NCBI GenBank assembly: GCA_977030845.1
Contig: OZ365112.1
Location: forward strand, 34,472,001-34,536,000
DNA: 64,000 bases
Direction of reading: 5' to 3'
DNA from: Fimbriosthenelais zetlandica
Lineage: Eukaryota
Shown: piece by piece, positions 48,079-60,890 of the stretch
How positions within the stretch are numbered: position 1 is the stretch's first letter
Layout of the letters: the number at the start of each line of letters is the position of its first letter
Position numbers and translations under genes: made by a program
Notes under the pieces: generated by a model
Databases searched by the model: none
What the model saw: only the letters and a program-made list of their open reading frames with translations
Told to the model about the DNA's origin: nothing

Positions 48079-48350
48079 AAAATAACAATCATTCATGAGG
48101 AATGACCTTTGACAAAGAAGTCTGGTACCCTCATTGTTATTTGAATTGTTCACAATATAATTATGAAATACAATTGTGAAATAACAATCATTCATGGGGT
48201 CCCACCTTTGTGAAGAAAAGGCTGGTACCCTCAATATTAATTGAATGGTTCACAACATAATTATGAAATACATTGTGAAATAACAATCAGTCACAGGGAA
48301 AGACCTTTGTGAAAAGAAGGCTTGTATCCTCAAAGTTAATTGAATGATTT
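48079..48350. repeat. Three diverged 99-bp tandem units inside the LTR element
   Basis: aaataacaatca...acctttg...ggtaccctca...ttgaat recurs at 48079, 48179 and 48278. Confidence 0.85.
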
Positions 48351-51300
48351 GTAACAGATAAAACAATTGAAATATAATAGAGAAATGTAAAATTTCTAAA
48401 GCAGTGAGGAAGCCATGGCAAAATCCAAAGATTTTTGTTAGACCTTCACAAACTGCATTAAGACCTTTTTCTTGGCTAGGAGGTGCAGAGCCCGCCAAGG
48501 AAAGATATGTCAAAAGTATAACACGAGTGGTAAGCTGACGTAATGCCTTCCTTACGTGTAAAGAGAAGGTTATTATAGGTGAAAAGGCCCATTCTGTTAT
48601 ACAGATTGTACTAAATAAGACAAACATTATCTCTGTCAGTGGGAGTTAGGCCTGTTAATGACAAAGCTGGAGACTTTGATAGTGGCCCTCCAAAAACTTA
48701 TATTAAAAAAAACAACTAATGTCAGTCGTCGCCAGGTTGGGGTGTACTGGTGGCTGTAGTTATGCACAAATTAAGGGAAGTTCAAGAGACGAAGGGTTAA
48801 AAATGCCCTCTAGGATTACCGTTGCGAACAACCCTTGTGCTATTAAACATAAACCACAGAGTATTACACATGCACTGATGCGTTTGTCGGGGAATTGGAC
48901 AAAAACCCTTGCAGAAGTCAAGCCTTGTCCATCCCAGGGACTAAGAAGAAAGTTGGTAAGAGGAATTTCGCGACCCCTCTGAATACTCAGGTCTTGAGGA
49001 ACCCCACATATATATGCTCTGCCTCCGTACAAGGGCAGGCAGTGGATCTTAGGACCCTTAGTCCCACCGAATTAGTCAAACAAATTTTGTGTCTCCTACC
49101 ACGGGCTGATGGTAAAGAGCAGTGATACATTCCTGTATTGAAATTCTCCCAGGGAGGATAGTTGGGCATTGAGAGGATAGACTATAGGAAACCCTGGCGG
49201 CGTGCAAGTCCCTTGGTGATAAGATAGCTGTACCAATGATTGATAAACATCTATCTTAGAAATTTAAAATTTCTATGTTTCCCTGGCTGCCAAAAACCAC
49301 CACTGTGACCGACGATGGAGGTAGCGGTGGCAGATGGAGAAAAGACATATAGACTGTAGGTTTATTACAAAATCCCGTTTTAAGTGGCCTGCTCCACCTT
49401 AATTATGCTTGAAAGCGCCAAATCCACTGAACCGCCTTCTTAGGATATGGGAGACAAATGGCAGTGGATAAGTCTCATGACTGGCTGGAGACGGCAGCAG
49501 CATATAGGTGAAGTATTGAATGGTTTGGCCGTATAAGAGTTATTAAAGTTTGACATAAAGGCATTATACACCGCTGGCAAAGCTCGGCTAGCACTGCTCA
49601 TGCATGGATTTTCAGGCAACTTATGGCTAGACAAAACCAAAATAGGCAGGGATTGACAGTCTGGACTGTGGAAAGCCTGGCGACATGCTAGTCCCATGGT
49701 GAGATGATCGCTGTCCCACTGATTAGTCCCGCGGGAATGCCCCCTGAAACTACAAGAAAATGCTACTTAGTGTTCCATAGCAATAGGAATCTCTCTTGAA
49801 GCATCAATGTTCCCATTGGAACACAAATAATTGTTTACCTTTCACAGATTTGTCACCCATCCCAGCGGACACCATCTGTGAGACAATGACCCGGTATAAA
49901 GACGGTTTTTCCTGGTAGAAAATGCTAGGTTAAATTACTCTAACATTTGACTGGTTGGTATCGAGTTTGAACCCAATGACTGCTGCCAGAAATAGCAGAA
50001 GTCGAGGCTCGAGTCGCCAAAACGGGACCAGAAATCATTATGAGTAGAAAAACAAAACATGTCAAATATGCGGGAGTAAAATCTGTCAAGCCTATAGAAA
50101 ATTCTGCAAGCCTATAGAAAAGGTTCCTATTGTAGGGACTAGGGTCAGATTGCTAAGACAGAAAGTTAATGAAAACAAAACTAAATCATCCAGTCTTGCA
50201 TAACTTAAAAGTTATTAGAATACTGAATGAAAATAATTTCATAAGATGACTGCCCCTGTACCATAGATCAATAGGGTCTGGAAACTATTTTGTCGATTGT
50301 TTTTTTGTTTCTTCAGCCCTAAATCTAGGAACATGTATTATGTAGCCTACAGGTGGTCATAAAGTGAAATCATAGAATGATATATGTCTAACCTGGGTTT
50401 ATTCCTGTCCCGAGCTGATGGTTTCTGACATGAGTGCATGGTGAAAGACTCGGAAACTTTGAACTGGAATTTAAACCTAGGATCGTTATAGATGAATGAA
50501 ATTTAGTGGAGATCTGTTCCCGCTAAAATATGAATACTATGCTTGTGTCAAACATAGTGAATGAATTGGCTATAGTAAGGGGAAAGATATATACCAGTGA
50601 ATTACCTGGGCCCCCGAGCCTAAGTACTCATTCAAATTGTTAAAGAACAAGTTAAACAAAACTAAAGCTCTGCACTGACGCGGGAAAGTAAGTGACAGGC
50701 TGTGTGTAGATCCCATGTGCACTTCTATAAAAGAAACATGGTGGTGAGAGTAAACTTCTGACGGTAAAAATCCCATGGATTCTGTCGGCTTTTGAAAGCA
50801 CCAGCACACCAAAAATGACTAAATAGACACTCCGAGTTGAGGCTATATTGTTTCCTCGGATATAGAGATGGTTACTCACACTTTCAATAATGGAGTAACA
50901 TCGACAGTAATTAGTTAATGACCTTACCATATCGTCTGCAGTCCAACAGATGGGTTTGATCATGAATTTGTGAGTGGAACATGTTGTCAGACTGGTATTA
51001 GTACTAGCCCGCTAGTATGACCATGGCAATAACTGTTCTACTAATTTTGTAATGTGTATTGGAGAAATTTGAAATTACACAAATTTTCTCCTACAAATAA
51101 TTATGCTGTACACAGAACTGAATAGTCGGCCCCTCTACATTATAGTCTAGAGGGCGGGTTTGATTGGGTCACCCGGGAGCCTGCATTTGGTGTCTGAAAA
51201 GGCAATCATGAACTGGTCATGTGTAGTTGATACAAAGACAACCTCGGTATATAGCCAAACAAAACAGGTTGATGGACGCACAAGATAGTGCAAAGTCATA

Positions 51301-51944
51301 AATGCAACCTGGTGTTCCGTGGACATGCAAGAATACCCTGTGAAGTACAGGAAAAATGCAATGATTGTCCCGGTAAGAGGGCATTTACCTCTGGAGCCAT
51401 CTCAAAATGTGGTCCGAGGATGAAAACTCCGTTGGAAGTCATTCAACATAATTATCACAGAAATGACCTACATAATTCATCAATTGCTAACAGCCATACT
51501 CCCTCGAGTACTGTTAAAAAACTTTACTCGCTAAAGTTGGAATTTCGAAAAGTGTGATTATAGAAGTTAAACGAGAGCTTGTAAGGCGTGGTAGGCCAAG
51601 TAAACAGTTCAGAGAAACTTTCGTTGCAGAGTCTAACACCACCCATAAAAGTAACGAACTTCGTAGGGTAAGGATGAAGTCTAAACTTTGTATCAGGCCC
51701 CCGGCACAGAGGATAAAAACCCAAGTGACTGTGACAGTGCCTCGAACAATTGTGCAAGACAAATCCCCCTGTAGTTACCGCCGTCCCCGGCGTTGAATAA
51801 ACCGGGAAATTGACGGACAATTATGATAAAGAAATTCAACAAATGGTGCAACAATTAAAGAACACAACGAGAAGACAGTCTATGGATACAGGGCCTATCA
51901 GATCTTAGAGTTTCGGTCGCTCAGCTGACTAGGTATCCTTCATA

Positions 51945-52275
51945 TGATTTGGTAATAGGAGATGTCTGAGGGATAACCCATTCCATTCTTCTAATAATTA
52001 ATGGTCCCCTCTGGCTAGAGGGGCAAGGGGAGTCGAAATCTTGGGTCTCCTAAAACTCATTTGGTAATAAGAAACATCTAAGGGACGACCCGCTCCATTT
52101 TATACAATGGTCCCTATCGGCTGATAGAGTAAGGGAAGTCGAAATCTTAGGTTTCATACTATTCCACTTGATAATGGGAGATATCTGAGGGACGACCCGT
52201 TCCATTATTATGCTATGTTTTATGGTCCCTATCGGCTGATAGAGCAAGGGAAGTCGAAAGCTCAGGATTTCGAGG
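51945..52275 (+). ncRNA. Three tandem ~110-nt units with conserved, covarying secondary structure (unknown structured RNA)
   Basis: Units at about 51947, 52059 and 52166. Hairpin CCCCTCT-GGCT-AGAGGGG versus CCCTATC-GGCT-GATAGAG. Closing stem CTGAG/CTTGG, CTAAG/CTTAG, CTGAG/CTCAG. Confidence 0.55.
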
Positions 52276-53650
52276 ATTTCCTGTTAAAACAAGTGATAGA
52301 AGGAGTAGTCAATGGGCCGGATTCCCGTTAAGACCACTGACCTACACCTTCCCTGGTACATGTTGACCAAAATTACATAATCATGATTGCATTAGTTGAT
52401 TGCTGCGTGCTATTCCTCTGTAATGTCACCAGCCAGTCTGCTCATGATTAAGTTAGTTATAAATGGTCAATAAAAATGTATATGATTTTCACATTGAAAA
52501 ATTTCTGCATTTGAACTGGTCAAATCCCCTCTTCTTAAATTAGATTGGGATACCAGCTAGTGAAGTGGACTGAAATGGGAGTGATTAAGGAACGGTGAAG
52601 ACAATAGAAGTCTAGAATTTCGCCCCCTGATCATTGTTCCCCAAGCCACTAAACAGAAACTGGCTGAAAAGTCCAGATGTAGTATAAATGTGTGAAACAA
52701 TATTTTAACTGTAGAAATACAATATTTTTTTATGAAAATACAAAAAAAATTAATTTCAAAACTGTAAAACATATAGAGCAACAAATGAAGGCACGATAAC
52801 TGCCATTATAAGCCACAGGCCAGAGCCTGCTGAATAATGATTATGTTAAACATAACATTACTTTTGTGCAACATGCTCGGAAGTAATAAAATGATCAACA
52901 CAAATAATCAGCCCCTCCTTGACTTCTGTACAGACAAGAGTGGCTAGATTAGGAATTCGTAATTCAGAACCGAAAGAGACTGGATGCCAATTCTATAAAG
53001 AAGTAGAAGAAAACATCTTTTTCTCTTTTCCTGACATATGCACAACAATATCTCTATGTTACTGAAATACAAAAATGTCGGTAATGCCAAAAATGACTGC
53101 TAGTTTGAGTCTTTTTGTCCGATGAGGTTTGGTTACCCGTTAGCCCAGGTGTTGTCGACTGATATGGTTGGATCGAGCTTCATCATCAGCTTACTGCCAG
53201 TGATGTCCGGAGACTGCCATTGACTCGTCCGATGCTACAGACAGGCCCTCCAGCCTTCGCCAAGGATGTGTCTACCAGCCTCCTACCTCTACATCGTCAC
53301 TCTTCACAATTTATGAACTATGACATGGCCGGAGCCATATTTTAAGCCTCAGGAGCTAACAACAGGAGGCCCGTGCTTCGTGAAAATATGTGTATTTTTA
53401 AATTTTCCTCGCGTCAATTTAATCCATGAACATTTAACACCAGCATGTGTTTAAAACTGCACCAATAACATTAATATTATAGTAACTTTCCTAACCATCA
53501 GTTGAGGTATATTGTATCTGTATAATGTTACCTACAGCCTCACCTGATGTGTAAGTTGCCATTAATGTTTTCATTTATCTAGCCTACGCTGTATTTTAAA
53601 ACAAAAAAAATTTCCTTTGTAAATTTTTTTTCTCCTTGGGAGGGGGGTAT

Positions 53651-54256
53651 TGTAATGCCCCTAGGTATGTTCTATTGACCACCTCTAGGGTATTAACATT
53701 GCAAGGTAAAGCCCCTTGGTGTGGTGTCTCGACCACCCCCAAGGTATTTTATAGCTAGGTGTATATATGTAACCACTGTACATAATATCCAATGTTAGAG
53801 TTCATACTTTACTCACTTGGTTAGTATGAGTATTGGTGTCTCGCCACTTGAGGGCGCCAATACTCAGCTGTACAACTTATATGTATTATATTATCTAAAG
53901 TAAGGATTTACATCCTTTTTACTTAATTCACACCTTTCATGTTACGGTACATTTTTATCCAATGTAATATAAACTGTATACTGTCATGTAGATGCTGGTC
54001 ATCTTATTATCTTGTCAGTATCAAATATGTAATGCTATTGTACCACCATGTATATTAATTTAGGCATGGCCATGACACCCATGACCATGCCAGGTGTGTT
54101 TGTAAATCTACTGTACATCTACTGCAAGATTGCCCTCGGCAATAAAGTTGAAGACGTGAGGAAAAACTTCGTTCTGTTATACATATCCTTCGCTTTGTTG
54201 CCGAGTACTGGTTCACACAAAGATCGCATAAGCTCCCGAACGCGTAGACCATTACA
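53651..54256 (+). repeat. 3' LTR (606 bp)
   Basis: Preceded by the PPT gggagggggg; near-identical to the 5' LTR. Confidence 0.96.
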
Positions 54257-54590
54257 CATGTAATAATATGTGGTGTCAGCAGTAGGGCCGTACAGTATTT
54301 TTGAATGGGGCCTACCTCTTTTCATGTTCCTTATCATTGAGGTTTTTTGGTGCCTATGCCTGCACAGACAGCAGTGTGGAGTTTGGGCATCTTGGTGGCA
54401 GCTGCCTCCAGAAGGCTTCCCCAGCTAAATTGTAGAATGGAAGTTGAAGTAGTTATCCCTCCCATTGATGGCATTGGCTCCTTGAGAAAAGCTTTCATCT
54501 CACACTTGATTCGTGCATATACTACTGCACTGAGTGCCCTTTGCACCTGCTTTGTATTTCAATCCAGGATTAGTTTCCAAGCACTGTTGG
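54257..54590 (-). pseudogene. Transposase remnant (Academ/AcademH-like N-terminal region) that continues at 46898 beyond the LTR element
   Basis: ILQFSWGSLLEAAATKMPKLHTAV on the right flank and KMVQSLCSLQLWRSGCSDK (46770-46898) on the left flank, same strand. Confidence 0.45.
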
Positions 54591-55018
54591 AAGGACCATG
54601 TCTCAAGGGGGCTCTGGGGGAAATTTGAAATCTAGAAGCCCGGAGATGCGTTTTCCCAGCCCCTGTGACAGAAAATGACTGATGCCTCTGAACTCGCCTA
54701 GCGGGGGTTTACTATGTATTTGAACATAGAGACAAATTTTTCCACTCTCTAATAAAGGTCTTTATTATACCCCTTATGTTGACAGCCCATAGGAAAAGCA
54801 TTGGTGATCTGTATGCCACGACCCGGGACCTAACAATATCTGTAGGCCACAGGTTGGAGAGAAATAGTTCCGGTTTGTAAGGCGGTGCTCCACAGCCTTA
54901 CAGCCTTGAAGCCACTGACTGAATGTTTGAAATTGTGATGTACCAACCTTTAATGTAGGAAAATCCGTGTTTATAAGTCTCTCAGAGCCATTATCGTGCA
55001 CTCTTCTGCTTACTTTTA

Positions 55019-55141
55019 TTACTTTTGGGCCACGGCATGACAGGAAAACAACGCCACTTGCGCCTTGACAACGTTGTAGGTCATGGCGTTGTCATAGCTC
55101 ATGTGACTTTGTTTTCCTGTCATACCGTGGCCCAAAAGTAA
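55019..55141. mobile_element. 123-bp palindromic MITE
   Basis: 33-bp arms ttacttttgggccacggcatgacaggaaaacaa and ttgttttcctgtcataccgtggcccaaaagtaa, with one mismatch. Confidence 0.85.
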
Positions 55142-55444
55142 TTTGAAGTTTTGATTACACAATATTTGATTTATAATTTTAATCTATTAAATTTTTATAT
55201 GACCTTACTGTAGATAATTAAGACTAATTACCAATAATAAAGCGAAATAGGGTAGAAATATCTGGAACTATTTTCCAACGATGCATGAGACATGATGAGT
55301 GGAAGAGAATTTACCCCGGCCTCCAGAGAGTTTCGGGAGTGAAGGAAGGTAAAATAGTAGCTCAGATTATCAAAATAAAATATTTGTGTATGTTTTCATT
55401 AATATTTTATGGACTTGTTAATTTATAAGAGGTATAATAAATAC

Positions 55445-55533
55445 AAAACATCCCGGGAAAACATAAGCGGGGCGGTAGGCACCCTCGGTCCCGTCGGACT
55501 GATTTCCCTCGATGAATTTCCCGGGATGTTTTG
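55445..55533. repeat. Inverted repeat with 17-bp arms
   Basis: caaaacatcccgggaaa and tttcccgggatgttttg. Confidence 0.75.
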
Positions 55534-55545
55534 TGTTAATATATA

Positions 55546-55805
55546 TCAGGGTTCCTATGCGGCATTAAAAAGTCTAACATTCGTTCTGAAAAATTTATGT
55601 CCTTAAAAAGTCTTAAAAAATCCTTAAATGCATGTGTTGAGGTCATTGATGATATTACTAACGATTTTTCGATTATTTATCTGGCCATTTTGTCCACTAT
55701 CCATTGTCAGAAGTGTGTTTTAGGTCTTAAAAACGAAGATCATAGGTCTTGAAAAGTTGTTAAAAAAGTCTTAAATTTTATCATTTCCGACCCGCGGGAA
55801 CCCAT
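55546..55805. mobile_element. hAT-like MITE (~260 bp)
   Basis: cagggttcc...cgg at the left end, ccgcgggaaccc at the right end, repeated subterminal gtcttaaa motifs. Confidence 0.55.
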
Positions 55806-56114
55806 TAAAATTATTTTTGTCTCTATACTTCGTGAAATAGACAACATGATAACAAAATGTACCAATAAACAAATCTTTAATTTACATTATGATTACAGAC
55901 ACATCTCATACAATGAAGAGCCAAACAATACGCTTATAGTCCACAAAAAATTTCCAATATGGTGCACCAGAATCCGTCTTTGTCAGTGGCTCTTATCCTG
56001 TCCTTTGTCCTTCCCAAACATATATAAACATCTATAGCCGAGTCTACGCTGAAACTAACAATTTAGGCGTAAAACTAAGTGGACAGCCCCTCCCCCTTTC
56101 CCAGTCACTAGAAA

Positions 56115-56512
56115 TCATAGCCCTCCACACTCCCTCATGTCCCCCAGACTAAAAACATGCCGCATTTCATTCATTCTTGGAGAACCAAGAACTTCACAGA
56201 AAGAGGAAAAATGTGATTGTGCCCCGTTTAACGAGGTAGTGTTCAATAAGTAACCCAAGCTGTACATTAAAAATTCTTCATCTGCAGATGCTTTAATGAA
56301 TGGACAAAAGTTTTCATCATGTGTGATGAACAAACATGAGGATACATATAATTTATTACCTGCTGTGTACTATTCTGTATATGAATTATGAACCATGTTA
56401 AATCTATGTATTCTACAAAGTCCATCTTATTAAAGGCCCCAACAACAGCCTGAGGCATCGCCCAAGAGAGATCAGTCTCTACTCTTCGAGGGATATAGGC
56501 TGTTGTTTGCAA
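56115..56512 (-). pseudogene. MULE-like (NOF-FB type) transposase fragment
   Basis: PRRVETDLSWAMPQAVVGAFNKMDFVEYI resembles the PxxVxxDFSWALxxAVxxAFN motif; a short frameshifted piece. Confidence 0.4.
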
Positions 56513-57416
56513 CTTGAGTTCATTACACAGATTTTACAGAGTAACAGGCCTACAAGAACTTTTTGCCAAAGTGAAAGCAGAAGTGATTTTACAGTTTTTA
56601 AAGACTGCCAAAATTTACATGCTTTTATAAACACTGCCGATTATATAGATCAATCCTTTTACTTTCTACACTTTTACCTCAACATTTTACTTTTATCTAC
56701 ATACTACTTTTAACCCTATTGATTTCATCTTGATGGTTTTGGCACTAGTGTTTTTTATTAATTGTTTGATAATTAAATCACCATTCATTCATTCAAATCA
56801 ACTTATGAGTGGAATACATAATGCAATATATGTATATTAAAAGGTCTTTTTATGTACTTCAATTTATCTAATTCATTCTAAGGTCTAACTTTAAAAATAA
56901 ACTTGCTGGATTGAATAAACTGAAAATATTGGGTTAATTACTTTTTACATCATTATGACGCCATTTACGTCACATGGGTCTTCACAAAAAACGATTTTTT
57001 AAATACACCTTACACAAAGGATTCTTATTTACCATATGTAATCACTTACATTTTTTATCTGGGAGGAAATAGGTCAGGAGTATGAAATCACGTAAATGCT
57101 AATTTCAGGTAACTAATTAGGTCAAAGGTCAAATATGTAGGTCAACTTATAGTCCATCACATATCTTTACACTACATATCATTCATCTTATTCTAGGTCC
57201 TATTGGGTCCAGAAAAATTACAATCAAATTTTACCAATTGGCTAGTTGTTGTGATATTGTGACGTCATTGTGACGTCATGTGATGACATATGACATCCAT
57301 TCATCACATATATGACCACTCCTTACTATGTTCTACAATATGTGTGAAAACCAGATTCCTACCTGTAATAGAAACCCGTTTTTCGAAATTTGTCTAACTA
57401 CAACAATAAGAAAAAA

Positions 57417-57570
57417 GTAAAAATAATAGTGTAGAACAACGAGCACAAAATCTACAACCCCATTTACCCCATAAAGGGGAAATGGGATTAATAAAAAAAA
57501 ATAATAGTGTAGAACAACGAGCACAAATTCGAGAATCCCATTTTCCCCATAAAGGGGAAATGGGATTAAC
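57417..57570. repeat. Two tandem ~78-bp units with a hairpin
   Basis: aaaaataatagtgtagaacaacgagcacaaa...cccattt(a/t)ccccataaaggggaaatgggattaa, twice. Confidence 0.85.
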
Positions 57571-58287
57571 AACCTTAATAAAAAAAAAAAATTGTGCCCC
57601 ACCCCTAATACCAAATACAGCTTCCTATGCCACTGATATTTGATGTCATACTTGAAAACAGGGCAATAAACAGCCAATAATTATAACAAATACAGGTTCT
57701 TATAAATATTCCAAATAAAAGGAAAATGGGTACAGGTTGAGTGATATGATTTATCACGTGAACCATTCTAGTGAGTAAAGACAGTATTTTCATCTCATTT
57801 ACCCCCATCCTTAATTTCTTTTAATAATATTATTTAAAAGCTGTGTATAATCTCTAAAATTGGGGGAAAACTTGGGGCTAACGTATATCCCTCGAGCCTT
57901 TCTACCTCTTGTGATATTTTTAAGCAACCACATAGTCTAGGACCCTGCATTGCAGGGTTCGAAATTAATTTAATTATAATGGAAGCCAACAATAATATCT
58001 GTCCACCGATTGATTTGATGAAAATACCGGTCCTACCACCCAGTTACGCCCCACAGAGTGTCCCATTGACAAATCACAAAGTGACACGTCCAGAATGGTG
58101 GTTGGGCCGGTAAATTTTCAGTTGGGCCTGTATTATTTGGAGGTATAGCCGAGGCTCAGACTTGTAAACTTAGGCCTACATGTAGAGGCATTATATTATA
58201 GCATAATAATGAGGTCATATAAGGCTATAATTATGCTCGTGTGCGTTTTCTTCATGTTTCCTTCATTGAGAGCGATGGTATTATAAT

Positions 58288-60030
58288 CTAGTCATCCATA
58301 ATTTGGCTATAGTTGTAACCAAATAATTTAAAGTCCCATTCAAAGTGTTTGTAAAGTTTCTGTCGCAATGAAGGTTTCACTTCCATCAGGGCTTTTTTAG
58401 TGGCTGCAAAGTCTGACTTTGTAGCATGCATCATAACATCAAATCCTGACATATTGCTGTGCCTGTAAACCTTGTCTATCACATACTGGCCATCCTGGGC
58501 AAAATTCTCAAATGATCCGATAAAGTCATAATGGACCTGACAGGGTGCACAAAGTAAGTAGGACTTCTGCCAGTGCGGATCACTGGCAATCCCGGTATGA
58601 TGATGCAAGAGATAGTTGATGAATTCGGTGAGGCTGAGGTCGTTTTTGTACTCTCTGTTTTTCCTATTATAGGTTGCCATGGCAACAGCAGATGGATGAT
58701 ACTTACGCGGCGGGCGATGTTCGAGTTTATTGCGAAAGGCTGAGAGAAGTCTGGTGAGTGGATGGCGAACAAAGATAAACTTAAAGTAGGACGACATGAT
58801 GTGAGACTGTTCCATTCTGTTGTAGTTCTTCAGACTTTTAATTCCGTACCTGAAACAAAGTACAAATCGTCCCAAGATTGAGTTATGAATCTAAGAGATT
58901 TAATGGAAAGTCAGAATCTCGTGTGAGGACAGCTGTCAATATAAAAGACCACTAAGTGAGTCACACCGAGACCCGGTATTTTCTATCTGCTTTGAAAAGC
59001 TATTTTAACTACTGCCTGTTTTACATAAGTGAAATAAAATAATATATTTATAGAAATATATAGTATAGAAATAGAAAGTTTGTGTGTTTTTTAACTTCAC
59101 TTTCACTATATAAGATGCTCCTATAATCCTAATCTGTCATTATAGAATCAAAATTAATTATAAATTAATTGCAATTTATATTTTAGTTTATGGAGATGCA
59201 GATAAACCGAGATAAAGTGTGGGTTATGACTATGTCAAATGTAATTAAGTTAATGACATGACATTTACATAAGTTAATAATCAATAAAATCACATTTACA
59301 TAAATTTACGCTGTATTTCTTTTTCAATTTTAGTTTCTTCATAATAATGGGCGCCCAATTTTGAGTGATTGAATGGAGCATGTTACAAGTGTGTCCTCGC
59401 GTTTACCTTCGTTGGACTTTATTATAATGCAGTAGTGGTGTTGATTTAGATGGTAGTTGTTTTCCTGACACCGCCATCATCCTCACCTTCCACGTTGAGC
59501 AGCCAACTTTTGGTATGGGACAGTAAACCAGACGGTGTGTCTCATCCACTAGTAATTGGCCAGGGTAATTCTCCTTCATCGGCAGCCCAGCCTCCCTCAT
59601 CTCCTCACAAACACGATCTATCCGCTCTTTCCTTACCACTTGAGTCTTTGAGCCCATGAACTTCAGCTTTATACCTGAGATATTAGGGCCATTGCAGAAA
59701 TTATATCTTAGACCTGTCCATATTAGTTTCATTGCAGAAGTTCTGTCTTAAGAGCGTTTAATCTAAGAATCTTGTAGGCATCAGATGCATTGTAGAACGG
59801 TATCTTAAAACATTCTTGCAAATAATAGTCAAACCTATGGTGAAAACTGACTTAAGATGGTTTACGAGTGTGTTATTCATGGGTCTTGTACTATCTTAAA
59901 TTTGAACTGAGATGAGGCACTCTTGCTTACCTGACTGTATTGTATAGATGATTGGTATTCCAACACTACTGAGAAAGAGACCAAGCAATGCCAGCTTCTG
60001 CACCAAGTAGTGTGTGCGGACTAGGGGCAT
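58288..60030 (-). CDS. Carbohydrate sulfotransferase (Sulfotransfer_2, CHST8-14/HNK-1ST family), 309 aa; exons 60030-59931, 59674-59407, 58849-58288
   Basis: Canonical GT-AG introns with consistent phases (1, then 2), 930 nt in total. N-terminal membrane anchor KLALLGLFLSSVGIPIIYTI, 5'-PSB YCPIPKVGCSTWK, 3'-PB FIFVRHPLTRLLSAFRNK, C-terminal LYKHFEWDFKLFGY. Confidence 0.93.
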
Positions 60031-60890
60031 GTTTTTAGCTGTCCTGTACAATAAATAATAAGTCAAAACAGGGAGAGAATGAACATATTAACGATTTAAT
60101 ATACAATTAATTTTTTGCAAAAATATTATATATCACGAGAAATTGCTGCCAAGTGCATCGATGTGGGCTTGACAGGGACACTTGTCAGTGCGCTGACGTC
60201 GCCAACAGAGAGCTATCCTTGAAGTTATCTGTGTTTTGTGGGGAAAATTCTCAAGGAATAAACACCTAATTTTCAGATTAAGTAAATAATATTTTATTCA
60301 AAAACGCGCCGAGCAACTTAAGGTTTATGCGCACAACTTAGCGCAACGATCTATAGCCCTTTGGCAGTCCGGAGGTTCGGGAGTTCTGCTCGATTCACCC
60401 TCACCAGTCCAAGCTTGCCCTGGAGGCCTCTGTGAGTCGACAGCCCAAGTCCGCTTGGGTTGTTGCTGTATCTGAGCGACCTTGGGCTTCTATTATTGCT
60501 GGGTTTTATGTATTGCCAACTCTCACCTTCACGTTGCTGTTTGTATATGGATTAAGGTAACAAAAGAGCGAGCAGCCTTTGAACTCAAACTTTCAGCTTC
60601 GCGTTTTCTATGAGGGAGTGTAGGCCTATTACTATTTAGTGGCATTATAGTATGTGATAGGCCTACTAATTTTAGAAACACAGCTGGAAAAAAAAATGTT
60701 TGTAAATACTCTGCCTCACCTTGACAATTAGGCTAAAGATGTAGGCCTATTCATTTGTAAGCCAAACAATAGCCAAGGGACGATCAATGAATCTAGGCCT
60801 ATTTCCTTTTGTGATATATTAGTTCCAAGATTTGCCATCAAAAACAGTGAGTGCCTATGATACCGGCTAAAGTTAAAAGTATACCTTATA

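Larger units (their letters stand above)
46899..54256 (+). mobile_element. Full-length, apparently non-autonomous LTR element (LARD-like), 7358 bp
   Basis: Two 606-bp LTRs (TGTAAT...ATTACA) with about five differences, PBS at 47507, polypurine tract at ~53637-53647, CATG TSD (46895-46898, 54257-54260). No gag or pol motifs recognised in the 6.1-kb interior. Confidence 0.92.

Noticed and set aside
51288-51796. Two overlapping plus-strand ORFs (89 and 80 aa) in the LTR element as gag or accessory genes
   Set aside because: Short, with no capsid, zinc-knuckle or enzyme motif; cannot be supported without homology data.
51960-52265. Hammerhead ribozyme reading of CTGAGGGAC...GTCGAAA
   Set aside because: The core is not CUGANGA, unit 2 has CTAA, and the CTGAG is better explained as a covarying stem strand. 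Kept as an unknown structured RNA.
54048-54263. Duplicated 71-73-aa ORF in both LTRs (also 47296-47517)
   Set aside because: A consequence of the LTR duplication; no protein motif.
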